DNA from: Camelus dromedarius
Lineage: Eukaryota
Direction of reading: 5' to 3'
DNA length: 64,000 bases
Assembly (NCBI RefSeq): GCF_036321535.1
Contig: NC_087436.1
Location: 71,612,001-71,676,000 of the forward strand
Part shown: piece after piece, positions 49,376 to 63,240 of the stretch
Layout: every line of letters begins with the position of its first letter
How positions within the stretch are numbered: the stretch's first letter is position 1
Made by a program: the position numbers and the translations under genes
Notes under the pieces: generated by a model
Seen by the model: only the letters and a program-made list of their open reading frames with translations
The model's database searches: none
Told to the model about the DNA's origin: nothing

Positions 49376-50224
49376 TTCTAATCCTTTCTCTCACCTAAGT
49401 TACTTTTGCCATCAGATCCCATAGATTCTATCCCCTAAATTTATCTTGAAAAGATGCTTCTCAAAGCTATACATTTTTCCTATCTCCACAGCTACTGTTT
49501 GAAAACATCAACCTGTTTATGTCTTTTCCCTGTTCCAAATGTCTTCATTAACCTCATATTTTATATTTTATAAAAATAATATCTGAACTCCTATCATTGC
49601 CTATAAGGAGTTCCATGATTTGGCCTCCCCAGGCAGTCTCTCACCACCATCCCTCTCCCAGCATCCTCTATGACAAGCATACTCAACTCTTGGCTCTTTC
49701 CCTACATGCCCAGTAATACTTCCAAGCTATTGTATGCGTCTGCATTTTTATCTAGTGTATACCTCTCCCTATCTCTCTCAGTTCCATGACTTCCTACTCA
49801 AACTAAAGGGACCAGATCAAATGCCACCTCCTTCCTGCTTCTATATTCAATTCATTTTCCTCCAGAGTAAGGATAATGTTCTATGGAACATTTTCACTTC
49901 CATGTGTGAATGACTGAATATATGAATGATAATAAAATTCCAAACAATTTCTTCTATAATTAAAGGCCTAAAGTGTATCATTTGACAAACTTGAGTGCTT
50001 CCTTTTAGATAGCTGAAATTATAAACTTGTATATTTTTTCTAGTCTCTATGAGCCATGTATTCCCATATGTATGAAAACAGAGCTTTCTTTATTTTTCCT
50101 AACTGAATTTAGGCAAATCCTATCATACCTCTAGATTTATCTCTTACTGTCCCTACAATAGAAGCCGGGTCCCAACTTTCCCATCAGAAAAATGGGGATA
50201 AATGTGTGGAGTGAGTAAATGGTG

Positions 50225-50408
50225 GAAAAAGAAAAAGAGATAGAGAGGGAGGGAGGAAGGAAGGAAGGAAGGACGGACGGAAGGAAGGAAGGAAGGAAGG
50301 AAGGAAGGAAGGAAAGATAGAAGGAGGAAGAAAGGAAGGAAGGAAGGAAGGAAGAAGGAGGGAGGGAGAGAGGAAGGAAGGAAGAAGGGAGGGAGGGAAG
50401 GGAGGAAA
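50225..50408. repeat. (GGAA)n/(GGGA)n purine-rich low-complexity tract
   Basis: Direct reading. Confidence 0.95.
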
Positions 50409-52071
50409 CGTGTAGTAAATCCTCAGGTGGAGGGAGTTTCCCAGGCCTCCCAGAGTGATCACGGGAATACACAGATGCCAGTGATACTACTGATTTGTAG
50501 TGAAGTCTCACCAGCTCTAAGAAGATTCCTACTTTTTAATTCCCTCTGTGGAGAAAGGCAAGTTGTAGGTCAATTCCCAGACAACCCTGGGTGTTTGTTC
50601 AGAGCTTAATCTGAGGCATACATGAAAACCAATTCCCCAATCTATGCCTGACTACACTTTTACAGGGATGGTTCTAATTCTCAGTTTGGTCTGCAGACCA
50701 TAATTATAAATTCATTTCCCTACAATAATAGTCTATAACTGATAGGATTTTCATGAGGATTCAATGAGATCTTAATGCGATAATCCTTTTAACATGTTTA
50801 GCATAGTGCCTCACCCATAATAAAGGGCTTAATATGTGATAGCTATGATTATTATTTATGGAATTCAATAATTCGTCATGTTCTGAAACTGCAATAATTT
50901 TGAGTGCCAAGTCATAAATTTCTTCTGCTCAAGTGCTGAGAAGTCGGACTGGAAAGGAACTCATGGATAAAATATGCATGTGTGCAGCACTTAACAAGGT
51001 TGTATTTTTATTTGTTTAACTATTTGATTCATATCTATCTCCCTTACCAGACTGTAATCTCCAATTACAATGGAATCTTATCAATTTTGGGTTGTCATTG
51101 GATCCCCAGCACTTAACAAAGTACCTGGCACATGGGAAGCACTTGATAAATATTTGCTGAAATAATTTGTTCACTTATTTGAAAGCATTCTAGGTACTAT
51201 GCTAGAAATTAGTGAGATAAAGTGTCTCAGAGAAAGTCTTCTGCCATCAGTGAACTCTAGTCTAATCAACAAGTCCCTAAATCAAACCAATGGTTATAAT
51301 GCAGCAAAGTAAGCGTGAAGAGACTTGTTTGCATGGTGTCTTGTGGGAAAACACATGAGGTGCATTGAACCAGTCAGGAGATGGGAAGAGTCAGGAAAAG
51401 GTTTCCAGAGGAGGATGATTTTATTTTCTACCTCAATCATCCTAGAGTTTGTGTATTTCATTAAGAGATGCCTCAAATTCATTTTAAAAGAATGCAGAGT
51501 GCAAATCATAAATAAAGCAGAAATCATATAGTTCGTTAATATCAGTGAGAGTGTATAGTATTTTACAGTTCATAAAGGGCTTTCAAACTCTTCAGTTAAT
51601 TTTTTTTTTAAGCAACCCTTTGATGTAAGCAGGAAACTGCTGTTACCACCATTTTTAAATATAAACATGATTCAGAGAGGTAATTGACTTACCTGAGGTT
51701 GCCCAATTTCACTCATTCTAATTTAATACATTCTATTTAAATTTATAAAATGTTTAATTTTCCTTGAAATCCATCTAAAAATGTAAAAGTATTTTTTTTC
51801 AAATCTTTTTAAGAACTATCAAAAATAAAGGACATATTCATCCAGAGCTCATGGTCCATTTTGAAACACTTAGATTCACATAACTCAGCAAAGCTCACCT
51901 CAACAATGCAGAAAGGACACAGAAATAAATCCATTGGTGCTGATACTGCAAACAGACTCCATCTGTGAGCTAGTTACGTTCATGCTACAGAAAAAGTCTG
52001 CAAAAGAGACGCAGAAAGAAGGCACTTGAAGCACAGATTCTGGTCCTCACTTTGTTAAAGTATTTAGATGG

Positions 52072-52292
52072 TGTACTAGTCTCCTAGGGCTGTCATAACA
52101 AAATACCCCAAAATGAATGGCTTAAATAACAGAAATTTATTGTCCCAAAGTTCTGGAAGCTAGAAGTTTGAGAGCAAGGTGTCAGCAGGGCCACACTCCC
52201 TCCGAAGGTGCTAGAGAAGGGTCTGTTCCAGGCCTCTCTCCCAGCTTCTTGTAGTTCTTTGGCTTGTGGCAGCATAACTCCAATCTTCACAG
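52072..52292 (-). mobile_element. MLT1C/D-like LTR fragment
   Basis: TGTACTAGTCTCCTAGGGCTGTCATAACAAAATACC...AAGTTCTGGAAGCTAGAAG...CAAGGTGTCAGCAGGGCCAC. Confidence 0.8.
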
Positions 52293-53062
52293 AACTGTGA
52301 GACCATAAATTTCTCGTGTGCTCACCTTTGGCTTGGACTTAGTCAATAAGACAAAGGCCTACATATTAAGGAATTAACAGCCTACCAAGAAGTGAAGAGA
52401 GCTTTCCTATGCCCGAGAAGCAGCTGGAAAATGAGGCAACAGAAAGAAGCCAACAAAAAATTCCAAATGCTCAGGCCATGTAAGGTTTGCCCTTCAGAAC
52501 ATTTTACCAGCATTTGGCCTGCTGCCCAGCCCCTTCCACCAACCCTCCCCTGGAAAGTGAACAAGGTGTCAGCCCCCCACATCTATGCAAGTTTCCCACT
52601 TGTCTCCACTGAGCAACATTCCTCCCATGAGGTCATGTACAGTTCCTAACGGTATTCCAAATGACTTTTCAATGCTTTTGGCACCTAGTTCTTATGTATT
52701 TAAGCTTGGACCCATGAAAACCAAACCGAACACAAGATACAATACAAAGACCTCAGTTGCTCTACAGAAAAACGTCTTTGCAATTCTTCTTCCCTTTTCT
52801 TCAGTCCAACCTGTCTTACCTACCCAACCATTTTATAACAACCACCCCCACCCCCCCAAAAAAAATGGAGGATAGAGAGTAAAACATTTTCACTGTTCAC
52901 CAGGGCACTGGGAAAGTACTGTTTACTTTAAAATTCGTGCTTCAGTATCTGGCACATTGAACACTCTGCTGTTTCATTTTTCTGACTGCCTTAATTACAC
53001 TTGCCAGGCTAACATCTGTGGATTGCAAGACTTTACAGTTAGAGGAGATGGAGAGTATGTGT

Positions 53063-53155
53063 TGAAGGAGAAGGAGGAGGAGGAAGGGGAGGAGGAGGAG
53101 GAGAAATGAGGAAGAAGGAAGAGAAGAAACAAAAAAACCAAAAAGAAACAAAAAT
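53063..53155. repeat. (GGA)n / A-rich low-complexity tract
   Basis: Direct reading. Confidence 0.85.
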
Positions 53156-53779
53156 CTTTTTCAGAGAAGAACACCATCTTGAGAGAAAGCATACAATAGT
53201 ATTCGCACCTTAAACTTCCACCCACCCACTCATCACTCCAGGATTCTTTTCCCACAATTTAACCTAAGAGATGGAATCATCGCTAGTCCAGATTGAGGCA
53301 AGTTTGACAGCTTCAGGGGTTGAATGGTGAAAATTTAGTAACAATCTGCCTTTCTCTGAGTATTGCTAAGGCAATGGTGTTCCCTGGCCAATTCAAAAAT
53401 CAAGTGATGCCTAAATAAACTACAGCACATTCTTGCCTACGGCTCTCATCCAATAGCCAAAGCAAGGTGCTGCCAGAGGCTGCTGGTCCTGCCTGAGTCT
53501 CCTGCTAAAACAGTCGAAACACGAGTTTGTCATTCTACAGCTGTTCCTTCTAGAAAGAGAGGGGAATTGGGGCAAAAATATGTACAGTTATAGGGTAAAA
53601 GGAAGAGGAGGAAGACAAGAAGAGAGGGTAACTGTCTATACAACGTGGTGTTTCTATGAAAGTGGTCATAACAGAGGCCAAATTGGGCATCACTTTTATA
53701 GGATTATCACACCTGGGTATGAATAGGCTGAATTTAGTATTAATCTGTGAAGAGGATCTTCCCTGTGATTTTTATTTCA

Positions 53780-54740
53780 ATTCTCCTCCTATTCCTTCCC
53801 TTTTGTTGAATGGTACCATGAATATACTGTACTAGTCCCAACCGGGTATAATTAGCCTCTCAGTTTCCATTGCCAGTCTGTCACAAGTTCTGTCGCTGAG
53901 AGTTCCCAAATCAATACCTCTCAGATACAGCTGAGAGTTCTTCTACATAGCCACTGGCCATTAGTGTAGCTCAAGTCATCACCATCTTCTTTGCCTGGAT
54001 TAATGGACTGTCATCTCTCCCTCTCCTTCCACATATGCTCTTGTCTCTTTCTAATCTATCCTATAATCAGGATGGTCTTTCTTAAATGCAAACACAAACA
54101 TGTCACTCCACTGCTTAAAACTCTTCCTGGCTCCCTGTTGCTCTTATACTACAGCTCAAACTCTCATCATGGACTTTGAGACCCAGCCTCTGCGGCTTCT
54201 GCCCAACTCTCTCTCACTTTTTCTCTTCTTCCTCAAAGCACTCTATGCTCCATCCATACGAAATTCTTTGTACTTCCTCTAACGTACCCAGTTTCTCCCC
54301 TGTCCCCCTACTTGCCTCCCACCTGCCCTTTAAGCTCTCTTCTGGCTGCTTGAGATCTTCTCATCCTCCCTTCCTTCTCCTCCTCCTCCCCTTCTTCTTT
54401 CTCCTCCTCTTTCTTCTCATCATTTGCTAACTCCTACTTACCCTATAGTCCTCAATTCTGGTTTCACTTCATCTGGATAAGCTTATTTGCCCCTGTGCCT
54501 TGCGAATCTGTGGTAAGTGCCCTTCCTATAAGCTTTCTGAGAACCATCACTTTCTCCTTTGATAAAGTATAACATTCTATATTATAATCGTTTGGTCACC
54601 CATCTCTTTCCTACTCTCCACACCTGTCCCCCAACCCACAACTACATACTCCAAGATCAAGAAGCATGGCTGTTTTGTTCACCATGACCCTAGCACCACA
54701 CACAGAGAGCATATATAAGGGATTCAAACTGTCAATTAGT
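53780..54740. mobile_element. L2 LINE remnants
   Basis: CATGTCACTCCACTGCTTAAAACTCTTCC and TGTTTTGTTCACC...CCTAGCAC motifs. Confidence 0.55.
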
Positions 54741-55144
54741 CAATTAAAATATTCCACACTGCAGTAGTGAAGGTAAGAAAAGTCTCTGGCTTATGTGTTG
54801 CTTTGCAAAGTTTTCCTATTTAACCCTTGACCACTTATATGTGGTTATACTTTAGCAAAAGGCAAATGCATTGGAGCCACTGCATAAAAAGAAACTGGGA
54901 TAAAAGATGAACACCGCAAACAAAGAACTTACTTTCCTACACAGTTGTTAGAAGACTCATTTTTTTTAAACAAGTTATGGAGGCTTGATCCTTTCTTTAG
55001 ACTATTCTCAGCTTAAACTATTAATAATTATCAGATCACAGTTGGCTGAGACCAGAATTCTTGAACCCTCAACCTCCTTCCATAACCACAGCGACCCCTA
55101 GTGGTTCATGACCAACTTACCCGTTAGACCCAGTAGTAACTCCT

Positions 55145-55335
55145 TGCCTAGGGTCCACGATAGGTTTAGACGCTCACAAAAATGTTTCAATGTCTTTTAA
55201 AAGCAGAAGAAAAATAAACTTATAGGTCAAAAATATTTTAAAATATAATATCTATCTTTATACCAATACAGTCATAAAGTATGATTTTTAATACTTTTTA
55301 TGGAGGAAGTGGGTCAATGAAATCAATAGTGCCAA
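55145..55335. mobile_element. hAT-type MITE remnant (MER96B-like; family uncertain)
   Basis: GCCTAGGGTCCACGATA...AAAATGTTT...AGAAGAAAAA...TCTTTATACCAATACAGTCATAAA...TTTATGGAGGAAG. Confidence 0.45.
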
Positions 55336-56892
55336 ATGCATGAACATCGTAACTTCAGTCCTGCTAGGTGCCTGGGAAGTGATACGGGCACAGAGGACAA
55401 GGAACTGAAATCATCTCGCTGTATTGGCGCTTTGATGGAGCCCTTAGTCCTGGTGAGAGGGTTGAACCACATGGATATTCAAAAGGATTGCTTCTGTTCC
55501 TCTGGCCTAAGGCCTGTATAATGAGCTAACTGAGGCTTCTCTCACTACTTTCCTTAGGTTTTTACAGGAACTCTAGGCAACCCACCAAAGGAAATTAGAG
55601 TATGTCGTCCCCAGATATGCCTCTTTAACAGAAAAATTCTTTTTTTCAAAATTTGAAGTTGTATTTGGCAAGAATAAGACATAGCTAAGGACAACATTAA
55701 AAACAAAGTAAACTAAATCAACAGAAAATACGGGCAAGCTTGTTCTGACTCCCTCTTGACCATTCTAGGCAAATGAGAACTTTGTGGGTAAGAGTAAGAG
55801 CAGGCAGAGTAATCCACACAGCAGATGGCTCCAATCCAAGTCAATTTATGTAGGTCACAGTTTCCCAGTTCAGTGCTTTTTCTAGGCTATGATGGAAGAG
55901 ATAATGTAGATATACAATCGCATGATTTACTATCTACCCTGCCTTCAGCCAAAGTCAGGGAAGAAACATCATTATGTGCAGTGTTAAGCCCAGAAGCTTT
56001 CAAGCTTAGGCTCAAATTAATTTTCTTTTTTTTTTTCAGTTTTTAATTGAAATTCTTTCCTTTTCATAACTTTATCATTTGCCTTTAGCAAACCCCTCCC
56101 CTAACTTACTCAGGAGCTGACTTGAACACATATTTCTCTATCTCCAATTATTACTTCACCTATATTATAGTACTGTTAGCATGGGAAGGAGGCCCTGATG
56201 CCAGGGCAACCAGGAGTGCATACGTTCAGCCTCAGTTGGGCCTTCTATCCTAATTGACCAAATTCCAACTGTGTTCTTGACTCACCTCAATTTTATAGAC
56301 ATAAGAAAGTAAAACTTTCATAATCCCTCTGACTTCTTACATGTTTTATATGTATCTTCATAAGGCCCTGGTGACCTGTCTTTTCTCCTGAATTCATTAA
56401 TTTAATTCATTTATTTATACTAACTAATGATGATATTCAAAGTATTTATAACAGACATGGTGTGAAAAGTACATCAGAATGGAGATATTCACCAAATCAG
56501 AATGTATACTAGCTGTAGACAAGAACTGAACCAGAGCATACTAGCCACCAACTGGTACAGTCTGTAACTAACCTCCATACCTTTCCTTCCTGCCGTCAAG
56601 CAGACTTCTCTGGTCAGTTATTGAACACTCAATGTCCTGACTGGCCATCTGATACTATCACCAAATACAACTGAGTAAGAATTAGGTTTTAATGTGAAAT
56701 TCATCTGTGACTTTTATATCAATACATAGTTACGATGATTTTTTAAAAATTGTTTTACATATCCCCTTCATAGGAAGAAAGACACTGTGTTAGAAGATGG
56801 AGAAGGATGTTAGAGGCACTGCATGTAGGAAGAAGTAAGGTATCAGATGATGCATAATCGCCTCCTAGTGGAGGCAGGCGTGGTCCCATCTG

Positions 56893-57272
56893 GCAGTCAG
56901 CAGTGCTGGCCCTGCAGTGTTTCTGGCTCTCCCCCTTCCAGGTCCATGGTAGGACTGTACTTCCCAGCCCCATTTTGCTTGGGTGGGGTCAAATAACTAG
57001 CTCTGATAAGAGAGTTGTGAGCAGAAGTGATGTATGTCACTTTTAGGAAAGATGCTAAATTACTGCTGAGAGCCCTGGGAGCAACTTGCAACATTCCACA
57101 TTCTAACTGCTGTTCCAGCTTTGATCCCAGAGTTGGGGTGACCTGAATTAGAGCCCTCCAGCCGGCTCACAATGAAAATGTAGTGTGTGTAAAAAACAAA
57201 TTTCACGGTCTTAAGCCATTGAAATTTTAGGATTTGTTACTGAGACATCCTCTAACCTATCCGGACTGATAT
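56893..57272 (+). mobile_element. Old MLT1 (I/J-like) LTR
   Basis: ACTTCCCAGCCCC...GTGAGCAGAAGTGATGTATGTCACTT...TAAGCCATTGAAATTTTAGG...TTGTTAC...GACTGATA. Confidence 0.65.
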
Positions 57273-58699
57273 ATTTTAGTTTTAATATCTTATCATTGGA
57301 GGCTCCTGTTTAGTGCCCTCATTCTGAGATAGCTACTTCAGTAGTTTTTAACATGGAGTCCATAAACTCCCTGTTATTGTAAACAAAATTTAGGAATCTA
57401 GGGAAGAAGGTCCAGAGTGTTCATCAATTTATCCAAAACTTGTTTAGGAAATCTTTCCCTCCATCAAGATCATAAACTTACTAAAAGGAAAATGAGGAGA
57501 ATGCTAAGTTCCAGCTGAGAGTGGTGCTTCACTGGTTTGGAAGTTTCAGACAGGTGAACTATCTCAGTGGAACCTAAATTTCATAAACAAAAGGAGTGAA
57601 CTTTTAAATATGAGTCATGATGTCTATAAATTGGCAAAGAAATTAAGAAGGCATTTTAATAATTCTTTCAATATTCAAGCTTTGAGTGAAAATGAAGAAC
57701 AATCATGATGATGATTGTTATAATTAGCTGTAATTCTTCAATATAGTATAAAACAGGAAATATAATTAATAGCTAATTAAAGTAAGACTGTTAATGATCA
57801 TGGTTATGCTGTCTTTCATTTGCTAATGATATTTCACATTTCAAAAAAAATTGTTTTGAGTCTCAAAATAGTTGTATACTAAAGCATTCTTTCTCTTGGG
57901 CTGAAGGAAGCAATTTAACTCTGACAGAAATTGGTTTGAGAAGAGTACACAATTTAAATTACTGACTCCAACAAGTAATGGTTAGGTGTTTTCTAAGAGA
58001 GCTGACACAAAAGAGAAAGGCCCAAGTGTTGAAAATAAAAATGCATTCGGGACCAAAAAAACAAAAAGAAAAGAAAGAAAGATAATGAACTTATTCTCCT
58101 ATGTTATCTTCTAAGAGTTTTATAGATTGCTTAAACTCTTTATATGCAATTATGATCAAACTCAGATAAATCTTATTCAACTCTCAAAAGGCTTCTATAT
58201 GAAACTGTATGAAGCTGACAAATCTGTACGGAGACTCTTTTATAACCACAACTTTTACAGGATGATTTTTTCCCCTTTCCTCTTTTCTATCTTGCTCCAC
58301 TCAGCATCAGAGAGCCCTTATCCACTGTCCATGAAGTTGGAGCAGTTGGGTTCAGGTACACTTTAACCCTGAGAGTAGCTCCCTTTGGAGACCCAGCCTA
58401 GAACGGACAGGTTCTCTGAAGAGTTGCTCACGTGGGGAGGTGACTTGGCCTTGGCTCCTGTTTTCTCATCTATGAGGCCTCAAAAGGAAAGCTCAGGTTT
58501 GCTAGAATTGGCAGCTAGTCCTCAGGGCAAAACTGTTTTTGTTGCTTAGTGTTTTTCATGCATCTTTTGTGCTGCATTTTCTTTTAAAATTTTGCCTAGA
58601 AATTTCTTATCTTATTGTCATTGTGATGTGTGTAAGAAAAGAATATCTGTATTTTAACCATCATATTTTATTGTGTTCTATAGAATATTTGGTCAGACT

Positions 58700-59110
58700 G
58701 AATGAATGTCTTATGTATCAAGTTGGCCAGGCTACAGTACCCAGTTAATTTATAAAACACTAATCAGGTGTTGCTGTGAAGGCATTTTTGTAGACGTGGT
58801 TAACATCTAACATCAGTTGATTTTAAGTCAACTTAAACTTACCAATTGTCCTTGATAAGGTAGATTGTCCTCATCTAATCACTTAAAGGCCTTAAGAGCA
58901 AAACCTGAGATTTCTCAGGGAAGAAGAAATTCTGCCTCAAGACTCTAATATCAACGCCTGCATGAGTTTCCAGTCTGCCAGCCTGCTTTTCTTATTTCAG
59001 ACTTGCCAACCCTCACAATTGCTTGAGCCAATTACTCAAAATAACGTAACATTTAATAATATGTGTGTGTGTGTGTGTGTGTGTTTCCCTGGAGAACCCT
59101 AACTGATGCA
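58700..59110 (+). mobile_element. MLT2-family LTR with internal (TG)n
   Basis: GGCTACAGTACCCAGTTA...GGTGTTGCTGTGAAGG...GAAGAAGAAATTCTGCCTCAAGAC...CTGGAGAACCCTAACTGATGCA. Confidence 0.85.
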
Positions 59111-59554
59111 CTGAGCTATCTTATTATTAACGAAATTGAAATCCTCCCTAACCTGTGTTTCTCTGTCTCTCTTCTTGGTATAAGCTTATGTCTGTCTCTG
59201 TTTCTCTACACAACATCCTAATTTTGTTTCACAGAAATGATACGGTTTCAAATATGTCTCATGAAATGTATTAAAGAGTTTTCTTTTCTGATTTACCCCT
59301 TTATTTCTCTTTTTTTGGTTTTTACTTTTAAAATTTTAATGCAAATTTCTAATATGCTAATATTTGGTTTCATCTTAAAGATCTAGAATTTATTTATTTC
59401 CATTATTTTAGAAATAAGATATGCATCAGTGTGTATATATACTACATATACACCTATGCTATCTACATTAGCATATGGAAACACATATGTACATATATAT
59501 AAAGTCAACGTTTTGAACATGATTCAAAATTTCTATGCCTGTTTTACATCAACT

Positions 59555-59825
59555 TAATTTTTTTTTTGTTTTACCATTTGACTCCCTTTACCCATTTCTC
59601 CTACCCATGGCAACCACTAATCTGTTCTCTGTATCTATGAGTTTATTCTTTTTACCCCACATATAAGTGAGATCATAGAGTACTTGTCTTTCTGTCTGAC
59701 TTATTTCACTTAGCATAATGCCCTCCAGGTCCATCCAAGCTGTTGCAAATAGCATATTTCATTCCCTTTATGACTGAGTAGTATTCCATTGTATATATTT
59801 ACTGCAACTTCTTTATTTATTCATC
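59555..59825 (-). mobile_element. L1MA-like 3' end fragment
   Basis: GGCAACCACTAATCTGTTCTCTGTATCTATGAG...CACATATAAGTGAGATCATA...CTTATTTCACTTAGCATAATG. Confidence 0.8.
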
Positions 59826-59829
59826 TAAA

Positions 59830-60004
59830 ATTAATATTGTCTCTTTGTCTAAAAGGTATAAAAGCTTCCTGTTCTTGTTACCTAATTCTCTTGAGAAGCC
59901 CCATGCACATATAAAAATGTAATAAAAGTTGTATGCTTTTCTCCTGTTAATCTGTCTTTGTCAGTTTAATTTTCAGACCCAGCCAGGGACTTTTTCCTCC
60001 CTAC
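59830..60004 (+). mobile_element. MER34-like LTR 3' portion
   Basis: GGTATAAAAG, AATAAA, TTTTCTCCTGTTAATCTGTCTTTGTCAGTTTAATTTTCAG, terminus TTTTTCCTCCCTACA; similar to 1-242. Confidence 0.7.
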
Positions 60005-60859
60005 ACTACTTTACCTCACCAGTTGCCAAAATAAAATCATTTCCATTACTAGAAGTAGCTAACAACTAGTCCAATACCCAATCATTCAACTCTTTATGTG
60101 CAAACAGAAGTATATTAAATAATACTTCTCCCCTCAGATGGACCCAGTGCTTGAAGTCAGAAGCACATCATCCATGAGTTCACGCACACAACTACCCAGT
60201 CCTTACCCTGGGGCAAGTCGGGCAACCTGGACAATGACCTCTCCAGACCATGGGCCTGGGGCACGATCTCAAAACACTCTCGAACCTAACTGGAAAATAT
60301 AGAATACTCTACCATGGCATGCGAAAAGTCACACACTTCAATCACAGAAGGGCAGTGTGTGCACACTATAAAGTATAAGCTTTCTCATATTCTCTAACAT
60401 GTAAGGGAGCTATTGTATATAGCAAAAATGCTTCACCTGGGGAAGTTTACTAAACTGTAAATGTTCAGAGATGCATCTTGAAGAAATAGAATCAGGTAAG
60501 TTATAAAGCATAAAATATGCAACTATTACCTCACTGTAAGATTGGTTACTAAAATCTGCCCCCTGGAAATGTACATCCAGGCTGACACCTGGACTGACTG
60601 GGCCACAAGCAGTCAGCCAATCGGAATGCAGAAATCCCCTGACCACCTGGAATCCACAATTAGAGAATTCTTTGTTTAGATAACTAAGCTTTAGCAGTAT
60701 TTGATTTTACATTCTGTAGGCAACAGATACCAGATAAAAATTTGAATTTACCCATGGTTAGAGACTACAAATAACATCATTATAAATAGTACAAAAATGT
60801 CCAACAGCAAAGGAATTGCGAACAGAGTATAACTGAGATGAAGACTGTGTTCCCACTGT

Positions 60860-61295
60860 GGTAAAAAACCTGCAAAAGTTCCTTGTTTTTTCAGAATAAA
60901 ACCCAAGATCTTTACAACGGCCCACACAGCCCCTACCGTCTGGCCCACTTCAGCACTCTGAGTGCATCTCCCTTGCCTCTCTGCTCCAGGCACTCACCTC
61001 TTCAGTGCTCCTCAAATAATGCTCCTGCTGCCTGGAAGTCTCTTCCTCAAGATACATGCTGGGTTACTCCCTCATATCCTTCAAGCGTTTGCTCTAAAGT
61101 AACCTTCTTAAGGAGGCCTACCCTAAAAATGTAAACCACGTCATTTATTACTCATATTGTTTATGGTCTATCTCTCTCTGCTAGAATCAAAGTGAAGGGC
61201 AGGGACTTTTCCAATTGGTTCATAGATGGTTCCTAAGCCCCTAGTACAGGGCCTGATACAAAGGAAATGCTGGATGGTAATTGGTTGAATGATTG
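60860..61295. mobile_element. L2 LINE remnant
   Basis: GCCTGGAAGTCTCTTCC...GAGGCCTACCCT...GGGCAGGGACTTT...CCTAGTACAGGGCCTG...GTTGAATGA. Confidence 0.65.
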
Positions 61296-62879
61296 AAAAA
61301 TAAAAATTAATTTAACCATATAAAAAGACCAAAGTGAGTAATTCTGGAAAAACATAAGAAGTATTGATGTGATTTAATAATTTTTCTAATGACAGAAAAA
61401 TTAAATACATCTGATTAACACTTTGACAGGAGGAAGGTGCTCTTCCAAACTGACATATCAGAGAACTTCAGAAAGAGATGATAAATATCAAGGATTGTCT
61501 ACATTGGCTATTGAATATACTGAGCTTAATCTGACTTAAAATAATTGTAGATTCCCTTAGGACCTCAGTATGTGTTAAAATTACAATTAGAATCTTATTT
61601 TTAAAATAAACAATCATGATTCTTTTATAATGGTGTATTTTACTTACATAGTTTTCACTCAGGGACATACTAGCTGAAGAGTTAGTGAAAAAGTCTTGCC
61701 CAGAAACTGACATTTCCTCTTCATATCCCCAGATTTAAAGATCTTTCTACCACAAATCAATTTAGGAAGTGCAAAGTCACCACATTTTGTTGAGAAGGAC
61801 GAACACAAGCATGATGGATGCTGATTTGGCAGAGCTGAAAAGACGTTAACTTTTCAACCTTTAAGAACCTAATAACCACACTGCTCCAAAAAAGTTTTTG
61901 CATACTACAGTTACATGTTGAGCTCCCCTCTGTGTCTGGGAGAAGCCATTCAACAATTTCTAGAAAAGCAGACTGGTACTTGGAAGGCTCCAGTAATAAG
62001 AAGCAACTTCCTTATCATTGTACTTCCCCAACAGAAAGAATTCTCAAATCCCTACTTTATAAGAAGGAGTTCTTCCTCTGCCTGGAGAGAAGAAAGCTAC
62101 AATTCAGCAGATACAATTGCAGCACTTTTTGAAGAGAAAGGGCTGCCCAAATCCAACGAAAGCTGTATGACAGTGGTTATTCATATCCCTTGTGTGTGCA
62201 AGCTTGCTTCACGAGGGAAAGAACTACGTCTTCTTTATTCCTGTATCTTTGATGTACACATGGTTGGGTCTCATCAAATAGTTGTTGAGTGAATGGATGG
62301 TTCAAAAACAAAAGAAGCAACCACTGCTCTCTAGCTTTAGGGTAGGACTACAGCTGAGTGCTGAGTACCTATTTCTTTTCATTCTAAGCACACATATTTA
62401 CTTATACTGTCTTTTTTTTTTTTTTTCATTATTACACCCCATAAATGTTTCTTGAATTTTTTTCTAAATTTCTTACTTTTGTCTTTTGCATAACTTAATT
62501 CTTTTATCTTTTCACTCATTCAACAAATACTTGTTCATCCTGAGCTGAACTTCCCACTTCAGGGAAGAAAAACAAAAGAGCAAATGCCTTGGAAAGAGAC
62601 GTGGGTCTATACTTAACTCCGCCAATCTTTGGAAGTGTCCTCAAGCAAGCTCCCTGACTTCTCCCCACCTCAGCAATTAAGTAGGTAATCTACAACCATA
62701 CCTATTGCAGTTGACTGTTTGAGGGCTAATTGAGATCATGTATGTATATAATAGGCAACTGATAAGTGTTCATTGTCTTCCATGATTCTATTTCCTACTA
62801 AAAGGTGGGAAATTTAATGACCGATGAGCAAATCCAGTTCAAGCTCCCAGAAATTAGAAAAGGCACAGACAATGCTATA

Positions 62880-63240
62880 TGTCATCAGACTCCACTGTGT
62901 TTTCCTCTGTGAACGCAGAAACACTGAAATTCTCAGATCTCCTTTTAGTCAGTGGGTCATTAGAATGTAACAGAAGTGACGACATTCACCACTTCCAGGC
63001 CTAGAGCCTAAAAAGAAATCTTCCAGGCCTGGTCCCCTAACTGAAGTCCAAATGCAGAGAATCCAATGGAGGACTCCAAGACCCTACATGATATAGCAGC
63101 ATGGATAATAAGGAATCTAGGGCCCTAAATTACTGTGTGGACTAAATCCTTCCACCCCCACTGACCTGCAACAAACGACATGTAAACTGTTCAGTTTGGG
63201 AGTTGTTTAATTTTTATGGCAGCTAGCCTAACTTGAATAA
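62880..63240 (+). mobile_element. Old MLT1 (K/L-like) LTR remnant
   Basis: CAGAAGTGAC...CACCACTTCCAGGCCT...TTTGGGAGTTGTTT...ATGGCAGCTAGCCTAAC. Confidence 0.5.

Noticed and set aside
50137..50511. Ser/Pro/Leu/Phe-rich ORFs (also 41884-42250 and 52942-53255)
   Set aside because: Translations of simple repeats.
55586..60004. MER34-like 5' fragment at ~55586-55640 and 3' fragment at 59830-60004 as one LTR split by a 4-kb L1 transduction
   Set aside because: No TSD, the middle of the LTR is missing, and the T-tract can be explained by the LTR itself.
61915..62292. 125-aa plus-strand ORF
   Set aside because: No recognisable domain; its 3' end runs into an L2-like tail.
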